Source: a virus (lineage: Duplodnaviria; Caudoviricetes). Taken from it: a stretch of DNA of 64,000 nucleotides. The stretch's first letter is position 1; the number at the start of each line of letters is the position of its first letter. The notes under the pieces were generated by a model. It was not told the origin of the DNA and did not search any database. It saw only the letters and a program-made list of their open reading frames with translations. Positions 9,122-18,480 of this stretch are shown in pieces. Position numbers and translations under genes: made by a program. The stretch lies in the IMG/VR virus record IMGVR_UViG_3300049141_000098, positions 64,001 through 128,000 of that record, one strand, 5' to 3'.

Positions 9122-9151
9122 TCGAAGTTGTATCGCGCGATACAACTTCGA
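9122..9151. repeat. parS-like palindrome copy 4 (perfect 30 bp)
   Basis: TCGAAGTTGTATCGC|GCGATACAACTTCGA, immediately followed by hairpin 9151-9174. Confidence 0.85.
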
Positions 9152-9191
9152 AGGGCGGCCCGAAGGCCGCCCTTGCGCCATCGTCTTTCGA

Positions 9192-9536
9192 TCAGAGGAC
9201 CCGGCTGTACGCCACCCCGTCGCCATCGACTCCGAAGGTGACGCCGTCGGGCTCCGAGCAGTCTCCCTCGCAGGCCGTGCCACAGCGCCAGCAGTCCGCA
9301 GTCGCCTCGGCGCATGCACGCACGATCAGGAAGTGAGGCACGTTCGGACCGAAGGCGACGGTGTATCCCGGATTCCCCGGACCGCCAGCGACAGTGAGGA
9401 GGCTAGCTCCGTTCGCCCCGATGACTTCCCACTTGGCGTCACGTCGCTTGAAGACCTGAGGGGACGATGTGTCCTCGAACCACCCGTGGGACTCGGTCAG
9501 ATCCTCCGCTACGTTCTCGCGCATGTTCCAGTTCAC
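9192..9536 (-). CDS. hypothetical protein
   Basis: 114 aa, coupled to neighbours, C-terminal Cys cluster. Confidence 0.6.
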   Translation of the reverse strand: MNWNMRENVAEDLTESHGWFEDTSSPQVFKRRDAKWEVIGANGASLLTVAGGPGNPGYTVAFGPNVPHFLIVRACAEATADCWRCGTACEGDCSEPDGVTFGVDGDGVAYSRVL

Positions 9537-9745
9537 CCATCCTCCTTCGCGGCGAGACGGCGGTCCAGAAGGTCGTTGATGCCCTCGTGGTAATCCGATT
9601 CGGCTTCCACGTCCCGAACGAGAGCAGCCTCTCGGGCCAGCGCCACGTTCGCGATGAGCGCCCGATCGACGCTGTCTCCCCGCTCTCCTCGGGGGCCGTT
9701 CACGATCTCATAAACCGACGGGCTGGGATTCCTGTCGAGACTCAC
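9533..9745 (-). CDS. hypothetical protein
   Basis: 70 aa with overlapping start and stop codons. Confidence 0.55.
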   Translation of the reverse strand: MSLDRNPSPSVYEIVNGPRGERGDSVDRALIANVALAREAALVRDVEAESDYHEGINDLLDRRLAAKEDG

Positions 9746-10392
9746 CAGGCCTCACCATCCACCATCTGCTGGAGGTCGCCCAGGAGGTCTGGGTTGACGA
9801 TCTCCAGGATCTGGGCGACCTCGAAGGGCTCGACAGCTTTCCAGAGGATTTCGCGCGCCTTGCCGTAGCGGGCGAGGCGCCCCGCGTTTCCGTCGGGGAG
9901 CTTGGCCGCGCGGTCGACTCGGCTGTTGTGGGCGTTGTCGGCGATCTTCAGCAGCGTCGCCTCGCGATCCTGTGAGATCTTGCAGATGCGGTCCATGTAG
10001 TTCTCGCCGGGCACCTTGGAGACCAGCTCGACGATCCGCACCACCCGGCTCTCGATACCAGCCCCCCGCAGACCTTCGGCGGTCCACTCGGTGTCCTCGA
10101 TCACGTCGTGCAGCAGGCCCGCCATCTGGAGCCGGGTGCTGAACGGCTCCAGACCGGCAGCCACCGCGCGCACGTGCTCGATGTAGGGCACCCCACCCTT
10201 GTCCATTTGCCCCTCGTGCGCCTTCTCGGCGAACTGGTCGACCTCGATGAGCGAGGCCATCTTCTGTGCCACGGTCTCGATGTCGAAGCCGAAGTTGACG
10301 TCGGGGCAAGCGTCATAAATCTCTTCGCGGACCTGCTCCTCGTTGATTCCGTCAGCGGCCTCGACTCGCATCAGAACTTCGTAGACCTTCAC
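9742..10392 (-). CDS. HD-domain protein, RelA/SpoT (small alarmone hydrolase)-like
   Basis: AHEGQMDKGGVPYIEH, AGLLHDVIEDT and LKIADNAHN are RSH-type HD motifs. Confidence 0.85.
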   Translation of the reverse strand: MKVYEVLMRVEAADGINEEQVREEIYDACPDVNFGFDIETVAQKMASLIEVDQFAEKAHEGQMDKGGVPYIEHVRAVAAGLEPFSTRLQMAGLLHDVIEDTEWTAEGLRGAGIESRVVRIVELVSKVPGENYMDRICKISQDREATLLKIADNAHNSRVDRAAKLPDGNAGRLARYGKAREILWKAVEPFEVAQILEIVNPDLLGDLQQMVDGEAW

Positions 10393-10814
10393 GCTTCTCT
10401 TTCCCTTTCCGTTTCACACACGTGCTCTTCCGTGACCCTGTTCAGCTCAGCGAAGTCGACATCCTCAGGCGACCTGAGCAGAGTGGTATCGCACCGTTGG
10501 CAGACGAGGGCGATACGCTTCGCGTAAAGCCAGAACTGAGGCACCTCGTTCACGTCGTCGTTTCCGACCACTCCCTTGCGCGACAAGGGGTCCGCAACGA
10601 CTGGAGGTGCGTTCTCCTTCAGCTCCAGAAGCCCCTCAGTCGCCAAGATGGCCCACGCTCTATCGATATTGATGCGGGTCATCCCGTAAACCTGCGCAAT
10701 GTACCGGGCTGGTTCGAGGTGAATTCCGGGCTCAAGCTCACCAGACAGGATCTTCTCCCGGTATACATTCGCCAGGGCTTCCCACTTCGGAACTTGGGGG
10801 TTCAAGTTGGACAC
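10389..10814 (-). CDS. GntR-like wHTH protein with C-terminal Cys/His motif
   Basis: KWEALANVYREKILSGELEPG..IAQVYGMTRINIDRAWAILATEGLL. Confidence 0.7.
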   Translation of the reverse strand: MSNLNPQVPKWEALANVYREKILSGELEPGIHLEPARYIAQVYGMTRINIDRAWAILATEGLLELKENAPPVVADPLSRKGVVGNDDVNEVPQFWLYAKRIALVCQRCDTTLLRSPEDVDFAELNRVTEEHVCETEREREA

Positions 10815-10831
10815 GTTTTCTTCCCCTTCCG

Positions 10832-11140
10832 TCAGGGCCGAGACATCGGTACGTTCAGAGCCAGCTCGGCGCAGTACCAGGCGAACTTGGTGGAGTAGTC
10901 CGAGTGACCGGCCGCCTGCCGGTCCGCCTGCTCCACCAGGATCAGCGGAATCGGACTGTGTTCGGACTTCGCTCGGAAGTCGTTGATCTCTTGGTGCATG
11001 ACGCCCCGCTCGTAGGCGGCCCACGCCATCTCGGGGGCGCCATCCGGCCCCGTGGTCAGCTCGTCGCGCTGCGGGCGCTGCTTCTGCGCTTCCGCGAGGA
11101 CCCCCTTGAATCGGGCAGCCAGCAGGCTCAGGTTGTTCAC
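10832..11140 (-). CDS. hypothetical protein
   Basis: GTG after an AAGAGGAG RBS, about 102 aa. Confidence 0.6.
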   Translation of the reverse strand: MNNLSLLAARFKGVLAEAQKQRPQRDELTTGPDGAPEMAWAAYERGVMHQEINDFRAKSEHSPIPLILVEQADRQAAGHSDYSTKFAWYCAELALNVPMSRP

Positions 11141-11166
11141 GTCTCCTCTTTCCGTTCGAACAGATG

Positions 11167-11574
11167 TCAACTCTTCAGCTTCCTCACCGCTTCAGCGATG
11201 TCCCCATCCAAGGTGTAGGCATGTCGTCGGTAACCCGACATGGAACCGAACGGAAACCAGTACTTCCTAGGCAAGTGCCTTTTGGCCGCCGCGCCGACGC
11301 TGTTGGTGATACCGGACAGAGTGTGCGAAGCGCCTGGTGGGATTTCCAAAGCTTCCATGACCTGATCCTTGGTCATGGTGTACTGGTCGGCATGAGACAA
11401 AAGGACCACCATCTGGTCACCCGGCTTCTTCATGGCTGCCAGCCAATGAGTCAGATGTTTGCGCATAAGGGCTCCATCTCCTGGCTCGCCTGAAGCTCCA
11501 TAAATGGCGCGGAGCTGCTGGAGGACGTCTTCGTAGCGGTCAACCGCTGTGTCGAATTCAATGCTGTGCCTCAT
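11167..11574 (-). CDS. hypothetical protein (possible wHTH)
   Basis: 135 aa, coupled to the helicase stop codon. Confidence 0.6.
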   Translation of the reverse strand: MRHSIEFDTAVDRYEDVLQQLRAIYGASGEPGDGALMRKHLTHWLAAMKKPGDQMVVLLSHADQYTMTKDQVMEALEIPPGASHTLSGITNSVGAAAKRHLPRKYWFPFGSMSGYRRHAYTLDGDIAEAVRKLKS

Positions 11575-13307
11575 GCCGCCTCTTCATCCTTTTTCACGTC
11601 GTCCATGTAGATCGAGCCCATGCGGGCTCGCTTCTTCAGGTTGTTCAGGTACACCTTGTCGTCGATGGTGCCCTCGGTGACGAGGCGCCATCGCTGGACT
11701 GGGGACGTCTGACCAGGCCGATGTAGGCGCCCTTCAGCCTGTTGGTTCATGACCTCGTCCTCCGTGCATGACGCGATCACTTCGCAGCGGCACGCGTGCT
11801 TGAGCCAGTCCACTCCGGTCGAGAGCGACTGGAGCTGAGCTATGAGGACGCGCCACTGCGTGCCGAACCCGCCCTCGATCTTCCGACGCTTGGCGTCCGT
11901 GGTGCTCGACGTCCAGGACACTGCCTTGGATCCCAGCTTCTTCTCTGCCATCCGGGCCCACTTCGCCGAGTGGGTCCACACGAGGAGAGGCTCGCCCTCC
12001 GGCAGGTCCGCGAGGATATCCTTGATGGCCTCCAGCTTGGGCTGCTCAGCCGCCTCCTCGTAGGAGATGTCCGGGTCTTCGAGGGTGATGTCCTCAGACT
12101 CGATCCCCTGCTTCAGCTTTTCCTGCTTCTTCAGCATCCGGAGGAACTGAGACTCCAGTAGATGTCGCTCCCCCCGGGCCAGCTTGCTGTTGTGGACGCG
12201 AACGAAGTCTCCCCAGGCAGAACTCTCGCGGGGCCGACTGTCCTGATACTCCTTCCACGCCTCCAGAATCCCCCTTTCGGCCCGCGAGAGCCTGTAAGAG
12301 ACGCGCTTGACGTCTTCCTCGGCCTTGAGGGTCCCCAGGGCCGCCTGACGAAGCCTGATGCGCTGCTCGATCGGAAGAGGAGTGGCCACTGGCTGATCAC
12401 TCAGCCACGCCAGACACTGCTCCTCGAAGTCCAGGTACTGCTCTTCCTGCCCCGGCGCCATCGGCACCGTCACGATCCGCTCAACAACCGGCGGAAGCTG
12501 GTCGTACACCTCCTCGGTCCGGAAGCGGACGACCGCAGGGATGTCGCTCCATACGCTGCCAGGCCGTCGCTCTGCCCCGATCTTGCGCACAGGAGCCGGA
12601 GCCCCGCGCACCACTTCTTCCTTGACGTGGAAGTGCTCGTAGATCCAGTCCCACCGATTGGCATACTTGTCGGGCCACAGGGTGTTCAGGACAGCCCACA
12701 ACCCTTCGGGGCTATTGCCGCCGGGTGTAGCTGACAGTCCGAGCTTCTGAGCCGCCTTGATGAGCTTCAAGACGTGATACGGGACACCCTGGTGGTTGCA
12801 GGCGCGGTGCACCTCGTCGAGTATCGCCACATCCCAGGTGCCGGTCCTAGTCCACGGAGGCACATAGCCCTTGGATATCGCTGCCCGCACGGCCGCCATG
12901 GTGACCTTTGGCTTGCTGCGATTGGCGTTCCTGCCTCGGGATCCCCCGCGCCGGACCTCGTCCGGCACAGCGCCGTGCATGGCCTCCCAGCCGATGATGT
13001 AGACCCCTGGGCGCTTCTTGGTCATGAGCGCCCACGTCTCGGGGTCCTTGAGGGGCGTGCCGACTACGTGGACCAGCTTCTTCGTCTGGAGGGAGGGGTA
13101 CTGCTCGATGAAAGTGGTCTCCCACTGCCGGAGTGTGGTGATCGGGGCGACAACAAGAATGCGGGGCGCTCCGCCGAGCACCGGCTTCACGGACCGGCAT
13201 GCCGCAACGCTGATGAGCGTCTTGCCAGCCCCGAGGCCAGAGGCGTTGAGCCCGCCTTCGGCCAGGATCTCGACGGCCTCTTCCTGGTAGGGCCGGAGCA
13301 CCTTCAT
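11571..13307 (-). CDS. SNF2/SF2 helicase
   Basis: LRPYQ Q-motif, GLGAGKT Walker A, ILDEVH, LSATP and QAEGRLHRPGQ motif VI. Confidence 0.9.
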   Translation of the reverse strand: MKVLRPYQEEAVEILAEGGLNASGLGAGKTLISVAACRSVKPVLGGAPRILVVAPITTLRQWETTFIEQYPSLQTKKLVHVVGTPLKDPETWALMTKKRPGVYIIGWEAMHGAVPDEVRRGGSRGRNANRSKPKVTMAAVRAAISKGYVPPWTRTGTWDVAILDEVHRACNHQGVPYHVLKLIKAAQKLGLSATPGGNSPEGLWAVLNTLWPDKYANRWDWIYEHFHVKEEVVRGAPAPVRKIGAERRPGSVWSDIPAVVRFRTEEVYDQLPPVVERIVTVPMAPGQEEQYLDFEEQCLAWLSDQPVATPLPIEQRIRLRQAALGTLKAEEDVKRVSYRLSRAERGILEAWKEYQDSRPRESSAWGDFVRVHNSKLARGERHLLESQFLRMLKKQEKLKQGIESEDITLEDPDISYEEAAEQPKLEAIKDILADLPEGEPLLVWTHSAKWARMAEKKLGSKAVSWTSSTTDAKRRKIEGGFGTQWRVLIAQLQSLSTGVDWLKHACRCEVIASCTEDEVMNQQAEGRLHRPGQTSPVQRWRLVTEGTIDDKVYLNNLKKRARMGSIYMDDVKKDEEAA

Positions 13308-13766
13308 GTTGCCTTCTCCTCGAACGATGAGACGCGGTAGCCGGTGGTCAGTCGCCGATCTGAATCGGCTCGTACGCCGGACTGCTGTTCGTCATGGCCT
13401 TCACGTATTGATCCAGGTTGGTGAGGGCACTCTTCCTCTCCCCCAGACGGTCAGAGGAGACCTCTTCCGCCACGCGAGTCACCCACCTCTGAGTCACCCA
13501 GCCGTACCGGACGCCCCCTCGGCGTCGGGGATTTCAAAGGTCCAGCCGATCAGGCTGCTCCCCACCCAGCGGACCGCACGGAACTCGCGGGCTGTGGGGT
13601 GCTTCTCGAAGACCGCGTCCTCGTGTGTCACGCTTCTTCCCTTCCCGTTTCGATTTCCCGTCCAGTCGCCCGATGCTGGGCGACCGTTCCCATGGCCTCT
13701 TGCAACCAGTCCGGCCCCCAGATCTCGGCGGGCCAAGGCGGGTGGCTAGCCATGCCCGATCTCTGC

Positions 13767-13943
13767 TCAGTCACCGGTGATCACCGTGGTCCCCAGCTCG
13801 TCCAGCTTTCCCTCAAGGAACTGGATGGCCCCCTGCGTTTTGAGGGCGTCGTCCATGGACCGAGGCGTCTCCGCCTTCGCGTCAGACAGGAGGTCGCGCA
13901 GGACAGCCATGCGCGTGCTGCGGTCTATGTGCTCACCCGTCAT
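13767..13943 (-). CDS. hypothetical protein
   Basis: 58 aa in a coupled gene run. Confidence 0.5.
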   Translation of the reverse strand: MTGEHIDRSTRMAVLRDLLSDAKAETPRSMDDALKTQGAIQFLEGKLDELGTTVITGD

Positions 13944-14272
13944 GCCTTCTTCTTCTTTCGCGGCTTGGGCCCCATGGATACCATCCGATTGGTTGACCCG
14001 AGGATGAATGGCGTCCACTGCCAGTCGCAGGCCGGGCAGGAGATGGTGTCACCACTTTGAACTCCCTGCCGCACTCGCCCGCAACAAGGCGTCCACATGC
14101 GGAACTTCTTCAGGCTGGAGCCCCAGGGACGAAAACAGAAGGCGCCGCAGTCGATAACAATGCCGACTTTCCTGCATTCGTCGGGGTGGTTGCCTGCGTA
14201 CACGCAGTCCATGTCGGGCGGCAAATCATCTGCCGTCGGCTTGTCCAGCAGGCATTCAAGGTTGTCAACCAC
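13940..14272 (-). CDS. Cys-rich (Zn-finger) hypothetical protein
   Basis: Several CxxC pairs and a basic tail. Confidence 0.6.
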   Translation of the reverse strand: MVDNLECLLDKPTADDLPPDMDCVYAGNHPDECRKVGIVIDCGAFCFRPWGSSLKKFRMWTPCCGRVRQGVQSGDTISCPACDWQWTPFILGSTNRMVSMGPKPRKKKKA

Positions 14273-14328
14273 TGTTTGACCTCTGCCTTCAGTGCCTGCC
14301 CACGTGAGGTGGGCAGGCGGATTGCTTC

Positions 14329-14529
14329 CTATCCGGCTGCGCTGACGACTTGCCTGACCATATCGAGCACCCCCTGTCCGAAGGCCGTGGGTGCTACGAG
14401 CAGGCCGAGGATCAGCACGATGGCGACGGTCAGCAGTTCGTCGTTCCGGCTGCGGGCCTCGGTCCGTCGTCGTAATCGGACGACGACGACAACTGCGAGT
14501 AGAACCGCGAGATCGATCTGAAGATTCAC
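14329..14529 (-). CDS. small membrane protein
   Basis: Two hydrophobic helices around an Arg-rich loop. Confidence 0.55.
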   Translation of the reverse strand: MNLQIDLAVLLAVVVVVRLRRRTEARSRNDELLTVAIVLILGLLVAPTAFGQGVLDMVRQVVSAAG

Positions 14530-14815
14530 GCTACTTCCCCCCTATCTCGAACGTCGGGCTATCGAAGCCCGACGAGCTTCACCCTGCTGGGGGAAAGGTA
14601 GTGCGCAGGGTGATCGAATCCCAGATCGCATCCGAGGCAGGAGCGCAGTCCGATGAACCAGTGTGGCGACGGGAGTGGTGAGGTTGAAGCGGCAGTCTTG
14701 AGACTCTCACTGTGGGCCTTCTCCGGTTCGCCGCACAGCTCGAAATCCGTCTCCGTGTACCGACTCGGCACCCCGTAGATGCAGGACGTGAGGCCTCGGA
14801 AGGCGTGATCCCGGA

Positions 14816-15295
14816 TCACCGGTGCTTCACCTCACGGATGTCGAGAGCTCCGCCGTTGCGGAGCAGAGAAGCGTGCAGGTGCTGCGAGCAGATCTCAGTC
14901 ACTCTGGCTTCGCCGTCGTACTGGTACGCCATGACCCACTCAGCCCGCTCGTCGCAGGTCAAGCTGTTCTTGCAGTCGGCGTTGAGTGGGCGGCAGGTCA
15001 GGGCGGGTGCCCCTTCTGCGACTTCTCTCCAGTCCGGGACGACCCGGTAGACGGGATAGACCTCGATGGCCTTCATCTCATCCTGGCCGCACCAGGGGTC
15101 ATGGAGGCCCAGACCGAGATCCGACTGCTCGAAGACGAGGCTCCAGAACCGACCCTCGTCCTTGATGACGACCTGATGCAGGGAGAAGTCTTCCCCGTGT
15201 CGCACCTCTTCGCTGTGCACCACGACCCGACTCAGGTAGGGAGTTGTGACGTGGTGGCCCTCCAGCCATTCGCGAGAGAAGAGCCGCTCGCTCAT
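14816..15295 (-). CDS. hypothetical protein
   Basis: 159 aa, GGAGG RBS, C-terminal Cys motif. Confidence 0.6.
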   Translation of the reverse strand: MSERLFSREWLEGHHVTTPYLSRVVVHSEEVRHGEDFSLHQVVIKDEGRFWSLVFEQSDLGLGLHDPWCGQDEMKAIEVYPVYRVVPDWREVAEGAPALTCRPLNADCKNSLTCDERAEWVMAYQYDGEARVTEICSQHLHASLLRNGGALDIREVKHR

Positions 15296-15537
15296 CGCGA
15301 CACCTCCCGCAGGGTGCTGGCCAGCCAGTTGATCCCCCAACGCAGCATCGGGATCCGCATGGAGAGGTCTCCGAGGATGAGCAAGGACCCCATGGCCAGG
15401 AGACCGATGGCGAGGGAGTCGACGGTGGCGCCGACGACTCCGCAGATGGTTGCGATGGCCAGGATGCCGACATCATGGGCGACGAGGCGCTGGTCAAGAC
15501 GGGTGTCTTTCACGTTTCTTCTCCCCTTTCCGCTCCG

Positions 15538-15882
15538 TCAGAGGACGGAGAAGAGCCCGTCCTCGGGCTCCTTTTCCCTTTCGGGCTGTTCCATGGCGAA
15601 CATGGCCATTTGATCCTGGTGGCCGCCCGGTTGCTCTCCACCTCGGTCGATCAGCTCCCAGTGAGATGCCGGATCGCTGAGGCCAAGACGGGCGGCCAGC
15701 CATGCCCGCAGCCCGGGTACCTGCTCCAGGGTCCACAGCGGCCGGTTGCCCTTGGGTCCCAGTACGCCAACGGGGAGAGGGAAGTGCGCGGTGGGGCTGT
15801 TAGACCAGCCGACCACTTCGTTCCACTTCACACCGAGGAACCGCGCCACGTCACTTGCGTCTAGGTATCGAACGACCCGCAT
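15538..15882 (-). CDS. HTH DNA-binding protein (candidate regulator)
   Basis: YLDASDVARFLGVKWNEVVGW is a MerR/excisionase-type HTH; its own promoter carries the GGCCTAGGCC motif. Confidence 0.7.
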   Translation of the reverse strand: MRVVRYLDASDVARFLGVKWNEVVGWSNSPTAHFPLPVGVLGPKGNRPLWTLEQVPGLRAWLAARLGLSDPASHWELIDRGGEQPGGHQDQMAMFAMEQPEREKEPEDGLFSVL

Positions 15883-15900
15883 GGCATTCCCTCCCTGTAC

Positions 15901-15927
15901 GGCCTAGGCCAGTCTAGCACGTAGGCC
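15901..15927 (-). promoter_or_regulatory. promoter: -10 TAGACT abutting GGCCTAGGCC, plus GGCCTAC half-site
   Basis: Minus strand reads GGCCTACGTGC-TAGACT-GGCCTAGGCC, then RBS GGGAGGG and ATG 15882. Confidence 0.65.
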
Positions 15928-16003
15928 GCCGCCGTGAGTCAACTACGTTGCTGGTTACCGATGTTCTGGCACTTCGATGGGGCTGCGATGACCGCCCGGC
16001 CCT

Positions 16004-16315
16004 TCACTTCCTCCGCCTTGCCACGTCCCAGAAGCTGTTCCAGCGGTCCCACCACAGGGACCGGTTCTTGCGACTGCCATGGTGTGTGCTGTGACCCCAG
16101 CGCCGGGTGCACCGCGCACAATGCAGCCATCCACACGATTCGATCCGCTTCAGAGCAGGACGGAAGAAGTGACGAGGGTCGGCCCACTCTCCGACCGTTT
16201 CGACATGTTCTCCCTGTGGGCGCCCGCAGCCATTCAGGGCGCAGGAAGCCAGATCTGGGGGCACAAGTCCGCTGTCGTTCCGGAACCAGTGATCCTGAAT
16301 GATCTTCGGTTTCAC
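16004..16315 (-). CDS. Cys/His-rich hypothetical protein
   Basis: GTG after AAAGGAGAGG; CxxxxC and CxxC motifs. Confidence 0.55.
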   Translation of the reverse strand: MKPKIIQDHWFRNDSGLVPPDLASCALNGCGRPQGEHVETVGEWADPRHFFRPALKRIESCGWLHCARCTRRWGHSTHHGSRKNRSLWWDRWNSFWDVARRRK

Positions 16316-16410
16316 TCCCTCTCCTTTCAACTGCACCAATTCTAACGTGAAATGGACACTAAAAACGAGAAGGCCCCTTCCCCAGGAAGGAGCCTTCTCG
16401 TCATGTTGGG

Positions 16411-18018
16411 TTATGTCATCCACGGCCACTTCTCGGCGAACCCGGCCTCCAGCGTCAGGATCTGCTGGAAGACCGAGTCGGTCAGCCCGGCGAACTCGAA
16501 CCGGTTCTTGACCCGCGAGTCGATCGCCGTCTTGGAGTTGCCGCCGATGTTTACGCCGTACACCTTCGTGCCGCTCGGCACCGGCACCGTCTCCGCGCGG
16601 GCGTAAAGGCCCTCGCCGTTGGTCAGCATCACTCCCCGGGGGTCCGTGAAGCACTGCATGTCGCTGATCACGAAGATCCGGTCGTGCCCCGTGAACGTCC
16701 GCCGGATGGCTCCCGTCATCTGGGTTCCGTGCCCGACCTCACCGATGCGGCGGATAAAGCCCTGGGCCGCAGACAGAACACCCTGACCCACCTTGACGTC
16801 GTGCTTGAACACGCCGTCGGCGAAGCCGTACAGCTCGACCTGGCCCGGGTTGCGCTGAGCCAGGATGGAGCCGAAGACCGATGCCGCCATGGCTGGAGTG
16901 ACCTTCGACTTCGCCGAGTAGCCCATGCCATCCATCGACGCCGAGGTGTCGACCAGGACCAGCGTGCGCCCCGGCAGCTCCGGCACCGACTTCAGCGAGA
17001 AGTTGAGGGCCTCCTCCAGTGCACCCTTCCAGCGATCGCTCGGCGCCTCCAGGTAGGCGGACAGGAACCGATACGGGAGCTGCCGGGACTTGGCCACCTC
17101 CACCGGGTCCGCGATACGCGTCGCGAGCTTGTTGGCCGTGGCGTACGAGATGCCCGCCTCGTCCATCTTGCGCAGGTTTCGGATGGCTGCCATGTACGGC
17201 AGGTGCGGAGCCATGGCCTCCCACAGTGCCTCCTCCCCGACCCGCGCCTTCAGCTCGGACGACGCGTTCTCCCACGTAAGACCGAAGTCGTGGAATGCCG
17301 AGCCGTCGCGGAGCGAGGCCAGCTTCTGCTGGTCAGAGAACTCGTCGTACCACCGCTTGCGGGCGGCGATCATCGGCACCGTGCCGACATTGCCGTCCTT
17401 GTGGCCGCGCTCGTCGAGCAGGTACTTCCACAGCGCCTCCTGCTCGGAGTCGCGCGGCTTCGGGTGGACTAGGTTGATGACGTCGGCAAAGCGCATGCCG
17501 CGCGCCCCCGAGTCCCACTTCAGGGCGTTGCGGGCGGTGTACAGGCGGCGCATCGCCATCGCCAGGCCCTTCTTGATCGGCTTTGGCAGGATGCCCTCGA
17601 AGGTGCCGAGCCAGTACGCAGCGAACTCGCCGACCTCGTCGGCCCGCTGGATCACGGCGTCCACCAGTTCGGCGTTGCCGTCGTACTGACCGGCCTCCAG
17701 GCGGCGGTGCACGGTGTGCGCGGCGCCCGTGAGGGAGGCGGTGCGGATGTTGGCTTCGGACCGCAGCCACGGCAGCATGCCGCGCAGCCACGGCCAGTCG
17801 GCGACAGCGACGCCCTCAATGAGCCCGTTGTAGCGGGCGTCACGGGCGTCGCCCTTCTCGTAGAAGGTGTCCTGGCCGACGAAGTTAACGGTGGCGAGGT
17901 TGAACAGTTCGCCCTTCTCCGGGAGCGAGTAGCCGGTGCCGCCCTCGTGGTTCACGGAGGTGCCGGTGACCGGAGCCTTCGCCTTCGGTGGGGTCGTCTT
18001 GGTGTTGAAGCGGGCCAT
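16411..18018 (-). CDS. rsr: Ro60/Rsr TROVE-domain RNA-binding protein with C-terminal vWA
   Basis: NHEGGTGY, DTFYE, LRSEANIRT, DVINLVHPKP, MAAIRNLRKM, SRQLPYRFLSAY and MIDAS VLVDTSASM motifs. Confidence 0.92.
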   Translation of the reverse strand: MARFNTKTTPPKAKAPVTGTSVNHEGGTGYSLPEKGELFNLATVNFVGQDTFYEKGDARDARYNGLIEGVAVADWPWLRGMLPWLRSEANIRTASLTGAAHTVHRRLEAGQYDGNAELVDAVIQRADEVGEFAAYWLGTFEGILPKPIKKGLAMAMRRLYTARNALKWDSGARGMRFADVINLVHPKPRDSEQEALWKYLLDERGHKDGNVGTVPMIAARKRWYDEFSDQQKLASLRDGSAFHDFGLTWENASSELKARVGEEALWEAMAPHLPYMAAIRNLRKMDEAGISYATANKLATRIADPVEVAKSRQLPYRFLSAYLEAPSDRWKGALEEALNFSLKSVPELPGRTLVLVDTSASMDGMGYSAKSKVTPAMAASVFGSILAQRNPGQVELYGFADGVFKHDVKVGQGVLSAAQGFIRRIGEVGHGTQMTGAIRRTFTGHDRIFVISDMQCFTDPRGVMLTNGEGLYARAETVPVPSGTKVYGVNIGGNSKTAIDSRVKNRFEFAGLTDSVFQQILTLEAGFAEKWPWMT

Positions 18019-18098
18019 GTCTCAGTTCTCCTTTCCGGCCGGGATGACCGGTCCGTTCGCCGCCACTTGACGTCAAGGGCGCGGCGGTATTCCTCGAT

Positions 18099-18133
18099 CA
18101 AAAAAAAATGCCCCCTCCGGGTGGAGGGGGCGT
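18099..18133 (-). terminator. intrinsic terminator after the Y-RNA cluster
   Basis: GCCCCCTCC/GGAGGGGGC hairpin followed by a run of T on the minus strand. Confidence 0.75.
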
Positions 18134-18137
18134 CTCA

Positions 18138-18307
18138 TGTACGCAGGCAGACCGGCTGGTTAACCAAACCGCACCAGTGACATTTTGTCTCTTGCTCTGC
18201 CAACTGAGCTACCGGAGCTTTTCAGCAACGGATTGGATTCGAACCAACGACCTAGAGATTACCGGAAGTAACTGATACTTACACACCAGCCGGTTTGTCT
18301 GCGTACA
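18138..18307 (-). ncRNA. yrlA: YrlA-like Y RNA 1 (permuted tRNA-like domain)
   Basis: Long terminal stem; GGTGTG-N7-AGTTACTTC; T-loop GGTTCGAATCC (18235-18245) precedes D-arm TAGCTCAGTTGGCAGAGC (18194-18211); 3' TGGTTAACC; adjacent to rsr. Confidence 0.85.
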
Positions 18308-18323
18308 CCATCACAGTGATTCT

Positions 18324-18463
18324 GGGGCCGTCCGGTTAACCAAGTCGCAACGGGAACGTTAGCGTGCTGCCGTTACACTACCGGGCTTTCGCCGTCGCCG
18401 GATTTGAACCGGACTACTCACTCCAGAGGTGAAGTAACCGTCACTATCACACCGAACGACTCC
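18324..18463 (-). ncRNA. YrlA-like Y RNA 2
   Basis: Stem GTCGTTCGGT/ACCGGACGGC; GGTTACTTC; T-loop GGTTCAAATCC; GAAA-capped acceptor-like stem; D-like TAGTGTAACGGCAGCAC; TGGTTAACC. Confidence 0.8.
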
Positions 18464-18480
18464 AGAGCCACTGTGAAGTT

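Noticed and set aside
16365-16400. Hairpin after rsr as another small RNA
   Set aside because: Ordinary terminator position and structure.
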